A stretch of DNA of 64,000 nt from Patescibacteria group bacterium (GTDB lineage Bacteria; Patescibacteriota; UBA1384; 2-12-FULL-50-11): contig JBBUAP010000001.1 in the NCBI GenBank assembly GCA_038058635.1, forward strand, positions 197,190 through 261,189. Direction: 5' to 3'. The notes beneath the pieces are model-generated. The model did no database searches. It saw only the letters and a program-made list of their open reading frames with translations, and was not told the origin of the DNA. The number at the start of each line of letters is the position of its first letter. The stretch's first letter is position 1. Shown here piece by piece: positions 55,989 through 64,000 of the stretch. The translations under genes and the position numbers were made by a program.

Positions 55989-57050
55989 ATGCGCGTAATT
56001 ACTTGGAATGTGAGAAGGGCAACGGAAACAAGTGCTGTCTGGAAAATTTTAACTGATATGAATCCAGATATTGCATTGCTCCAGGAGGTAACGAGCATCC
56101 CAGAAGTTATCAAGGAATCATTTAAAGACGGTATCAAATTTCACAAAGCCATCGGTAAAACTGGAAAACCTCAACAGTTTGGTACTGCAGTTCTGGTGAA
56201 GGGGAAAATCATTGACGAGCTACCCCTATCTTCCGAATATGATTGGGTAAATCACGAGCTTGAGTACTTCGCTGGGAACCTCGTAGCTTGTGTTGTCCAG
56301 CCTACCGGATATCCAAAACTCAATGTCGTTTCTATTCATAGCCCTGCTTGGCCAATAGACACTTCTAAACATCAGAATATTGATATTGAAACAATAAAGC
56401 TGAAACAAAATCCGAAGCTATGGGTTACTGAAATTCTTTGGTCTGCTCTGAAGAATGCGAATTTAGTAGATGTTCCATGGATTGCGGGTGGCGACCTAAA
56501 CAGTTCAGAAACTTTTGACTCAACTTTTGGTGGAGGAAACAGGGAATTTCTCGATAGGATGGGAGCATTAGGTTTTACTGAATGTCTTAGAAAACACCAC
56601 GGTAAGTTGGTCCCGACATTTAAAAATCCGAGGGATAAAAGAATAACTCATCAAATAGACCACCTCTTTGTGACTAGTCCACTCAACTCAACACTAGAAG
56701 CATGTAGCATAGGAGACGAATCGGCTATTTTCGGGGGATCGGTCAGCGACCATTTACCAATAATCGCGGACTTTAAGTACTCACAAGACATACCACCCTC
56801 TATAGAAAATTTCATCGCTAAGAATAACTGGGTCTTTGCCAAAACCATGGCCGAGATACCTCACTATTATATTGTGAGAGATAATTTATCGGAAAATGAT
56901 AAGAAACTATTTGATGAATTTGATGTGTTTATAAAAAACAATGGCTACACAAAAGAATTCTACTCCAAGCAATACACCTATTTTGATGTAGGGAAATTCA
57001 GATATTGGGTAATAGAGAACATTCTAAACAGAGCCGAGTTAGAAATTTAA
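55989..57050 (+). CDS. EEP nuclease/phosphatase fused to a ~85-aa C-terminal domain
   Basis: ITWNV, DIALLQE, GGDLN, IDHLF, SDHLP; then WVFAKTMAEIPHYY...YW. Confidence 0.88.
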   Translation: MRVITWNVRRATETSAVWKILTDMNPDIALLQEVTSIPEVIKESFKDGIKFHKAIGKTGKPQQFGTAVLVKGKIIDELPLSSEYDWVNHELEYFAGNLVACVVQPTGYPKLNVVSIHSPAWPIDTSKHQNIDIETIKLKQNPKLWVTEILWSALKNANLVDVPWIAGGDLNSSETFDSTFGGGNREFLDRMGALGFTECLRKHHGKLVPTFKNPRDKRITHQIDHLFVTSPLNSTLEACSIGDESAIFGGSVSDHLPIIADFKYSQDIPPSIENFIAKNNWVFAKTMAEIPHYYIVRDNLSENDKKLFDEFDVFIKNNGYTKEFYSKQYTYFDVGKFRYWVIENILNRAELEI

Positions 57051-57133
57051 AGGCGCGCAAGTAACGACTACTGATAGGACCGACGATTTTTCTATGAATT
57101 GAACCTGTTTTACGATACAATCTAGTCAAGACA

Positions 57134-58831
57134 ATGCCAAAAACAGATATTTCGGTCAGAGAATTAGTAGACAAAGTTCAACATAACGATCTAATCCTTC
57201 CGGAAATGCAGCGTCGTTACGTCTGGACCGGTACTCGTGTCAGAGATTTGCTCGACTCGCTATATCGATGTTACCCGTCGGGTACGATCTTAGTTTGGGA
57301 AACAGACGATAGTATCAAGACTAGAAGTCTGGCTGTTGGCATCAGCGGGAACCCGACCACATCTCAGAAGCTGCTACTTCTAGATGGTCAGCAACGCCTA
57401 ACTTCTCTTACCGCTGTTCTTAACGGTCAACCAATTATTATCCGGAATCGTAAAAGACCTATCGATATCTTGTTCAACCTAGAGCACCCGGAGGGTCCGC
57501 CAGTCGAAATAGACGAAGTGTACGAAAACGGTAATTCGGAGGCACCCCAAGAAGATTCGCAGGAAGTACAAAGAGATCTCCAGGAAGAATTGAAAAAACG
57601 TACATTTGTTGTCTCTTCACCTGTATTAAGAAATGATCCCCACTGGGTTAATGTGTCCGATATATTCACTAAGACTGACAGGGAGATTCTAAAACCAATT
57701 GGAATTAATTCCGATGATGAAATTTGGGAGAAGTATTCAGACCGACTGAAGAAGGTCCGAGATATTAAGGACTACCAGTATGTGATGCAGGTACTTCAGA
57801 AGAATATGTCGTATGAAGAAGTTACTGAAATCTTTGTTCGGGTTAACTCGCTCGGTGCGAAATTGCGTAGCTCTGATCTTGCCCTAGCCCAGATAACCTC
57901 AAAGTGGCGTGGATTTATGGACCTGCTTGAAAAGTTTGCTGACGAATTTGGCGATGATTCAGAATATGTCGCCGAATGGGTAGCAATCAGAATGTTAACT
58001 GTATGCGCAACCAAGCAATGTAAGTTCAAATCTATTAACCGAGTTAGTAAGGAAAATCTGGAAGTGGCTTGGACACAAGCCAAGGCCGGAATGCATTTTG
58101 CCATCAACTTTTTGCGAAACAATGCTGGCATAGAATGCCTAAACCATATATCCGCATCGATGCTGATAATTCCAATAGCAGTATATGCATCGCTTAAAAA
58201 CGAAAAGCTAAGTCCACTTGAGGAAAAACAATTACTGAAATGGTTTTATTATGCCCATATGCGCGGCCACTACGGCATGGGATCATCGGAAAGCATTTTG
58301 AATGCAGACTTAGCGGTACTTTATAAAACCAAAAGTGTCGAGGAGCTGCTTAAGAGCTTATTTGCTCATGTAAAACAATTTGAAGTCACACCTCAAGAAA
58401 TTGCAAAAAAAGGTACTAATAGCCCGTTCTTCACCATGCTTTACTATATTTTGAAGCATGGGGGTGCCAAGGATTGGTTTACTGGAATAAAAATCTCTGA
58501 GAAATCCACTGGCTCATCTCACACCATCCAATACCACCATATTTTCCCTAAGTCACTCTTGCAGAGACTGAATGTCGATTCCCAAGAGATAAACGAGATA
58601 TCCAACCTCGCTTTCATAAGCGGAAGTACTAACAGAGAGATAACGAACAAAGAGCCCAAGGTCTATCTCCAAAAACAAGTAATCGAAAGAAATGGTGAAG
58701 AAACACTAGTGTCCCAACTAATTCCGCTAGATAAAGATATGTGGGAACTCAGTAATTATAATCAGTTCCTAGATTACCGACGCGAAGCCATCACGAAGGC
58801 AATAAATAAATTTATGAAAACTTTCGAATAA
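57134..58831 (+). CDS. DUF262 plus DUF1524-like protein (GmrSD-type)
   Basis: LPEMQRRYVW, LLDSL...YPSG, LDGQQRLTSL, IFVRVNS.G, HHIFP, N....S..N. Confidence 0.88.
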   Translation: MPKTDISVRELVDKVQHNDLILPEMQRRYVWTGTRVRDLLDSLYRCYPSGTILVWETDDSIKTRSLAVGISGNPTTSQKLLLLDGQQRLTSLTAVLNGQPIIIRNRKRPIDILFNLEHPEGPPVEIDEVYENGNSEAPQEDSQEVQRDLQEELKKRTFVVSSPVLRNDPHWVNVSDIFTKTDREILKPIGINSDDEIWEKYSDRLKKVRDIKDYQYVMQVLQKNMSYEEVTEIFVRVNSLGAKLRSSDLALAQITSKWRGFMDLLEKFADEFGDDSEYVAEWVAIRMLTVCATKQCKFKSINRVSKENLEVAWTQAKAGMHFAINFLRNNAGIECLNHISASMLIIPIAVYASLKNEKLSPLEEKQLLKWFYYAHMRGHYGMGSSESILNADLAVLYKTKSVEELLKSLFAHVKQFEVTPQEIAKKGTNSPFFTMLYYILKHGGAKDWFTGIKISEKSTGSSHTIQYHHIFPKSLLQRLNVDSQEINEISNLAFISGSTNREITNKEPKVYLQKQVIERNGEETLVSQLIPLDKDMWELSNYNQFLDYRREAITKAINKFMKTFE

Positions 58832-58920
58832 GCACGATGGGGAATAACAATTTGCTGGGACCCAGCGACCGTAAAAACTTTCCTGTAACTCAAGTCCTGT
58901 TGGTAGTAAAATCGGACTAG

Positions 58921-59103
58921 ATGGACGTGGGCAAGTACGAAGCATTCAGGGAGGGTTTCTCGAAAATGACAAATGAGGAACTGGTAGAAGCTCTCCGAGA
59001 TGATAACAGAAAGGCCGGCTGGACAAGTTCTAGGGATATGTTTCTAGGGGCGCTTAAAGAAGAATTCAAGCAAAGGGGTCTACATTATCCTCCGAATCAA
59101 TGA
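58921..59103 (+). CDS. Hypothetical 60-aa protein
   Basis: TAAAAT just upstream; helical sequence ending AL..EF..RG. Confidence 0.55.
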   Translation: MDVGKYEAFREGFSKMTNEELVEALRDDNRKAGWTSSRDMFLGALKEEFKQRGLHYPPNQ

Positions 59104-59242
59104 ACAGTAACAATGACTGAATTTGCTGGCACCTAGCCCGCTGTTTGCTACCCGAACATTTCCCGTAAAATATGCTCTTGACAGTGTAATAGACTGCAGT
59201 GGTAGGGTGAGGATGCAGTTTACTGCCTAGAAAGGAGAAGAG

Positions 59243-59392
59243 ATGGCAAAAAACGAAAAAACTGGTAAAAAGCCCGGGACGATTGCTTCGGAACTGCTTA
59301 GATCTAAGGCAATCCCAAAGAGAATCAAGACTGTAGCAGCAAGTGACCTAACCCAGCGACCAGACAAGCGTAAAATGATACGCAAAAAGTAA
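59243..59392 (+). CDS. 49-aa basic protein (not in ORF track)
   Basis: MAKNEKTGKKPGTIASELLRSKAIPKRIKTVAASDLTQRPDKRKMIRKK; AGAAAGGAG RBS, upstream TTGACA. Confidence 0.65.
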   Translation: MAKNEKTGKKPGTIASELLRSKAIPKRIKTVAASDLTQRPDKRKMIRKK

Positions 59393-59490
59393 CTTCTCGA
59401 GGGTAGAGCCAGCGGGCGTAAGACCCACTCATGACTCAATTCGTGGAAGGTAGGGCGTTACCAACGGCGACCATTAGACAGAAGTTCGCA

Positions 59491-59514
59491 AGAACCCGCT
59501 TTATGCGGGTTTTT
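59491..59514 (+). terminator. Intrinsic terminator
   Basis: AACCCGC-TTTAT-GCGGGTTTTT. Confidence 0.75.
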
Positions 59515-59557
59515 GCTATGAATCCAACCTGTTTAGCAGTACAATTTGGGCAGATTA

Positions 59558-60226
59558 ATGAAAATAAAGGATTTGCCAAAAGTTGAACGCCCAAGAGAGA
59601 AGCTTATCACCAAAGGCGCAGAGAATCTTAAGGACTCGGAGCTATTGGCTATTCTTTTGCGTACGGGTAAGGCCGGCAAAAATGTGGTTGAAATTGCTTC
59701 GCAGATTTTAACCAAGTATTCCAAAAAGCGACTTTTACAAATGACCTATCAGGACTTCTTGAATGTAAGCGGAATTGATTCGGCAAAGGCCACAACGCTT
59801 CTCGCCGCCTTCGAGCTCTCAAAACGGGCGCTGGAAGTTGACGATACAAATTTGCCAATAGTTGCCACTCCCAAAGATGTTGTCGCCCACCTGACAGATT
59901 TGTGCGACAAGCAAAAGGAGCATTTCGTGGCGTTGTATCTTAATGCCCGTAATCAAATAATCCATAAAGAAACAATTTCGGTTGGCACGCTAACTGCTTC
60001 CCTAGTGCATCCGCGCGAAGTTTTCGAACCAGCGATACGACATTTCGCCTCATCGATAGTTGTCGCCCACAACCACCCTTCCGGCGATCCCGCACCATCA
60101 GAGGAAGATATTAAGCTGACGAAAAATCTAGTCCAAGCCGGTAAAATACTGGACATAGATTTGTTTGATCATATTATTGTGACCAAGAACGTATTTTTTA
60201 GCTTTAAAGAAAAAGAACTAATTTAA
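59558..60226 (+). CDS. radC: RadC (JAB domain) protein
   Basis: ERPREKL...G, ELLAILLRTG, VHPREVF, HNHPSGD..PS..D, DHII. Confidence 0.95.
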   Translation: MKIKDLPKVERPREKLITKGAENLKDSELLAILLRTGKAGKNVVEIASQILTKYSKKRLLQMTYQDFLNVSGIDSAKATTLLAAFELSKRALEVDDTNLPIVATPKDVVAHLTDLCDKQKEHFVALYLNARNQIIHKETISVGTLTASLVHPREVFEPAIRHFASSIVVAHNHPSGDPAPSEEDIKLTKNLVQAGKILDIDLFDHIIVTKNVFFSFKEKELI

Positions 60227-60236
60227 TTAAATAACT

Positions 60237-61826
60237 ATGAAAACTAATCGAAAACAATTACACGAGAGACTCTGGTCAGCGGCGGTACAACTCCGAGCAA
60301 ATTCTGGGTTGAAGCTCAACGAAATATCCGAGCCAATATTGGGTCTGATTTTTCTTAAGTTTGCCGATGTTCGTTTTAAGAAAGTTCAGACGGGAATCGT
60401 GTCAGAGAGAAAGGCCGAGTATTCTACTTCCACCCGCGTGCGCCCCGTCAGCCCGGATGACTATAAGTCAAAAGGCGTGTTGTATCTGCCTAAAATCGCT
60501 TCGTACTCATATTTAATGAACCTGGCGGAAAGTAGCAATATTGGCAAAGCCATCAACGAGGCAATGCAAGCGATTGAAGAGGCCAATACCGACCTAGCTG
60601 GTGTTTTGCCACAGGACTACACCTCTTTGCACAAAAAGGCCGATGAAAACAGTCAAATTTTGATAACGCTTCTCAAAAATTTCAACCAAATTCCCGACGA
60701 TATTGAGGGCGACGCCTTCGGTGGAATCTATGAATACTTTCTGGGTGAGTTTGCCCGTGCCGAAGGAGCCAAAGGTGGCGAGTTCTTTACACCGCAATCA
60801 ATCGTCAAACTATTAGTAGAGATTATTGAGCCGTATCACGGGAAGATACTTGATCCGGCCTGTGGAAGTGGCGGAATGTTTGTGCAATCGGCTAATTTTG
60901 TTAAATCTCACACTAACGGCAAGTCGCAAGTAATGAACGAAGTAGCGCTTTACGGTCAAGAGAAAGGTAGCAGTAATATTCGAACCGCCAAAATGAATCT
61001 GGCGATTCATGGCTTGTCTGGAAAAATTGCCGAGGTTAACTCTTTTTACGAAGACGCCTTTCAAAGCGTGGGTAAGTTTGATTTTGTGCTGGCCAACCCA
61101 CCGTTTAATGTCAAAGGTAAAGATAAAAACGGCCAGATCGTCATTGATCCAGCTCGTCTTCAGGGCGATCCGCGCTATTATCTCGGTTTGCCACTCACAG
61201 GCAAAAAAGAAATCAGCAATGCCAATTATCTCTGGATGCAAATGTTTGCCAGTGCCTTAAATCCGCAAGGGCGAGCGGGGTTTGTGATGTCCAATGCTTC
61301 TGGGGACGCTGGCAATGCGGAAAAAGAAATCCGCAAAAAAATGATTGATGCCGGAATGGTGGATGTGATTGTGTCGGTTGGAAACAATATGTTTATGAAT
61401 GCGACGCTCTCCTGCACGCTTTGGTTTTTCGACAAACGCAAAGCAAATTCAGACAGGAAGAACAATATTCTCTTCATCAACGCTCAAGATATTTTCACGC
61501 CAGTTCCGGATGAGCGTGTCGATAGATATTGGACCGATGAGCAAATTCAAGAGATTTCCTCTATTGTTCGACGGTATCGCGCCGAAGAAGGCGAAGTTAA
61601 CTACCAAGACAGTAAGGGACAATGCAAAGTGGCGACGCTTGATGAAGTCCGCACCAATGACTACTCGCTCAATCCGGGGCGGTATGTCGAGATCGTAGAA
61701 AAAGAAATGAGCGATGTGGACTTTGACGCTAGTATGAAAGAATTGATGGGCGAATTTACCGGTCTCACCACGCAAGCGCACAAGCTAGAAAATAAAATCC
61801 AGGAGGATTGGAAAAAGATTTTATAA
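60237..61826 (+). CDS. hsdM: Type I RM methyltransferase subunit
   Basis: LWSAAVQLRAN, GEFFTP, DPACGSGGMF, ANPPFN, YSLNPGRYV. Confidence 0.95.
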   Translation: MKTNRKQLHERLWSAAVQLRANSGLKLNEISEPILGLIFLKFADVRFKKVQTGIVSERKAEYSTSTRVRPVSPDDYKSKGVLYLPKIASYSYLMNLAESSNIGKAINEAMQAIEEANTDLAGVLPQDYTSLHKKADENSQILITLLKNFNQIPDDIEGDAFGGIYEYFLGEFARAEGAKGGEFFTPQSIVKLLVEIIEPYHGKILDPACGSGGMFVQSANFVKSHTNGKSQVMNEVALYGQEKGSSNIRTAKMNLAIHGLSGKIAEVNSFYEDAFQSVGKFDFVLANPPFNVKGKDKNGQIVIDPARLQGDPRYYLGLPLTGKKEISNANYLWMQMFASALNPQGRAGFVMSNASGDAGNAEKEIRKKMIDAGMVDVIVSVGNNMFMNATLSCTLWFFDKRKANSDRKNNILFINAQDIFTPVPDERVDRYWTDEQIQEISSIVRRYRAEEGEVNYQDSKGQCKVATLDEVRTNDYSLNPGRYVEIVEKEMSDVDFDASMKELMGEFTGLTTQAHKLENKIQEDWKKIL

Positions 61827-61883
61827 GTAGTTTACATTAGACTTGCTAATGTAAACGAAAACATGTAATATGTTTATATCTAA

Positions 61884-63062
61884 ATGAGCAATGTAAACAA
61901 AGCAAAAATAGGCCGATATACAACTCAGAAAGAGGGTTTTAAAGCCTTTACGCCTTTTCCATTCCCCCCAAAGGACAGTTTTGAGATAAGCCCACATCTG
62001 CATAAAAAACACGAAGAAGCCATCAGATTGGTCGGCAAGCTCGATGGCATTACGCATCTTTTGCCAGACAAAGATTTCTTTCTTTTGATGTTTATTAAAA
62101 AGGATGCGGCATATTCAAGCCAAATCGAAGGTACAAAAGCCACTTTGCAAGATGCAGTCGCGGCTCCTGTAACCGAAGAAAAATCTCGTATGCATCCGGA
62201 TGTAGATGACATCACCCATTATGTTAATGCAGTCAATTACGGGATTGAGAGAACAAAAACATTGCCCATTTCTCTGCGACTGATAAAAGAAATACACGCT
62301 CGCCTTATGACAGGCGCACGGTCAACCCAGCATGCCTATCCGGGAGAATTTCGGCGTAGCCAAAATTGGATTGGCGGGAAATCGCCGATGGATGCATCTT
62401 TCGTACCTCCAGCACCGAATGATATGCAGAATTCTTTGGACGATTTGGAAAAATTTATTCACGCAAAAGACGACCCACCTTCTTTGATAAAAGCAGGTTT
62501 ACTTCACGCGCAATTTGAGACGATCCATCCATTTACAGACGGTAATGGTAGAACAGGGCGAATGCTTATTGCCATGTATATGCATAGTGCCGAGCTTTTG
62601 GAGTTGCCGATTCTGTATCTTTCAAGCTATTTCAAAAAGCACCAGAAACTGTATTACCAAAAACTACAGGAATACCATGACGAAGACGCAAACATCAACG
62701 GATGGTTGGAATTTTTCCTTGAAGGCGTGGCGGAAATAGCCGACTCTTCTGTTGAAACATGCGCAAAAATTACCGCCCTACGAGACAAAGATTTTGCCAA
62801 AATGCAAAAACTCGGCAAAAAATCCGCGGAGTCCACGCTGGAAATAGTCCGCAAATTATATGGCCAGCCAATCGTTGGCGTGGCGGAAATTATGAAGTGG
62901 ACGGGTTTTACCGCGCCCGGCGCATACAAAATTATTGAACGCCTCAAGAATCTGGGAATTCTTGATGCTCTTGGTGATGCTCAATATGGCCAAAAATACA
63001 TCTATGCTGATTATTATGAAATTTTCGACGACTCTTTCAGAGATGCAAGGGCGAAAAAATAA
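61884..63062 (+). CDS. Fic-family protein
   Basis: SSQIEG, HPFTDGNGRTGR. Confidence 0.93.
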   Translation: MSNVNKAKIGRYTTQKEGFKAFTPFPFPPKDSFEISPHLHKKHEEAIRLVGKLDGITHLLPDKDFFLLMFIKKDAAYSSQIEGTKATLQDAVAAPVTEEKSRMHPDVDDITHYVNAVNYGIERTKTLPISLRLIKEIHARLMTGARSTQHAYPGEFRRSQNWIGGKSPMDASFVPPAPNDMQNSLDDLEKFIHAKDDPPSLIKAGLLHAQFETIHPFTDGNGRTGRMLIAMYMHSAELLELPILYLSSYFKKHQKLYYQKLQEYHDEDANINGWLEFFLEGVAEIADSSVETCAKITALRDKDFAKMQKLGKKSAESTLEIVRKLYGQPIVGVAEIMKWTGFTAPGAYKIIERLKNLGILDALGDAQYGQKYIYADYYEIFDDSFRDARAKK

Positions 63063-63064
63063 CA

Positions 63065-64000
63065 ATGGCAACTTTTCAGAAAGTAAGAATTAAAGATATT
63101 TGTAAAATTAACCCCGATTCAATAGGGCGTAATTTTAACCATAAGATGATAGAATACGTGGATATTTCAAGCGTGGGTATTGGTAACTTAGCCGAAACTC
63201 AAGAGGTAGATATTCAAAATTCACCCAGTCGAGCTAAACGGTTAGTAAAATCAGGAGATATAATTATTTCAACCGTCAGACCAAACAGAAGATCGTTTTT
63301 CTACTTCAAAAATCCAAAAGAAAATACTGTTGTTTCTACGGGATTTGCTGTTTTGAGGGCGTTGGAAAACAACAACCCAAGATATTTATACTACTCTGTC
63401 ACAGATCAATCATTTACGGCTTATTTAACCAAAAATGCTAAGGGTTCTGCTTATCCTGCGGTGGATGCGGATATAATTTATGATGGTGAGGTTTTTGTTC
63501 CTGAAAATATTGAAACTCAAACCTGCATTGCCTCTGTCCTTTCTGCCTACGACGACCTGATTGAAAACAACGAAAAGCGCATCAAGCGCTTGGAAGAAAT
63601 GGCACAACTTCTATATACCGAATGGTTTGCTTTGCCGTCCGTAGCTCATAGCGATAGCGAAGATGTAAAGGAGGGTGAACTACCAGAAGGATGGGAGGTG
63701 AAGAAATTGGGAGATTTAATAAAAATAAAAAGGGGAAAGAATATAACCCTTGAAACAGCTAGACCCGGTAATATTCCTGTCGTTGCCGGAGGTTTAGAGC
63801 CAGCTTATTTTCACGATACGCCAAATGCCAGTGGTCCTGTGGTTACAGTAAGTGCGTCGGGTGCAAATGCGGGATTCATGCGATTATACTTTGAAAAAAT
63901 TTGGGCCTCAGATTGCTCCTTCATCGATTCAAGTGTTACGCCGCACGTTTACTTTTACTACTTATTTTTGAAAAGCAAAAAGGATACCGTTTCTCGTTTG
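63065..64000 (+). CDS. hsdS: Type I RM specificity subunit, truncated by window end
   Basis: PSRAKRLV..GDIIISTVRP, VSTGFAVL, GSAYPAV, LSAYDDLIENN.KRI..LEEMA, LPEGWE. Confidence 0.92.
   Translation, partial: MATFQKVRIKDICKINPDSIGRNFNHKMIEYVDISSVGIGNLAETQEVDIQNSPSRAKRLVKSGDIIISTVRPNRRSFFYFKNPKENTVVSTGFAVLRALENNNPRYLYYSVTDQSFTAYLTKNAKGSAYPAVDADIIYDGEVFVPENIETQTCIASVLSAYDDLIENNEKRIKRLEEMAQLLYTEWFALPSVAHSDSEDVKEGELPEGWEVKKLGDLIKIKRGKNITLETARPGNIPVVAGGLEPAYFHDTPNASGPVVTVSASGANAGFMRLYFEKIWASDCSFIDSSVTPHVYFYYLFLKSKKDTVSRL

Noticed and set aside
1-64000. CRISPR array or cas genes
   Set aside because: No 25-45 bp repeats with unique spacers; the periodic repeats are degenerate heptamers without spacers; no cas motifs
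1-64000. UGA recoding (genetic code 25)
   Set aside because: Conserved genes are full length under code 11, TGA ends genes such as glgA at 45740, and tRNA-Gly has UCC

Overview
Gene-dense bacterial chromosome segment with a Patescibacteria/CPR-like character. This assignment is inference from leaderless-type starts, many small single-TM proteins, tRNAs without encoded CCA, group I introns in tRNAs and tRNA-linked HTH-LAGLIDADG-like genes. It carries housekeeping genes (ddl, ftsH, lepB, murJ, lepA, rny, HU, rpsA, recG, ruvC, yebC, grpE, dnaK), competence genes (comEA, split comEC) and a glycogen cluster (degenerate GH94, GalT-like, two glgA, GH57). There are 12 tRNA genes, two interrupted by group I introns and one a rare tRNA-Ile(UAU). 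A defence-type island follows dnaK (EEP fusion, DUF262/DUF1524, radC, type I RM hsdM-fic-hsdS running off the edge). The most interesting unexplained signal is a recurring pattern of short duplications of gene ends (lepA start, tRNA-Arg, tRNA-Phe, tRNA-Met, an hsdM-like stub). Several sit next to a strand-asymmetric mini-hairpin with tandem G-A mismatches. Two homologous free-standing HTH-LAGLIDADG-like genes also abut tRNAs. Together these may be footprints of an undescribed small mobile system targeting ends of conserved genes. All calls come from reading the sequence and ORF track by eye; no searches were run.
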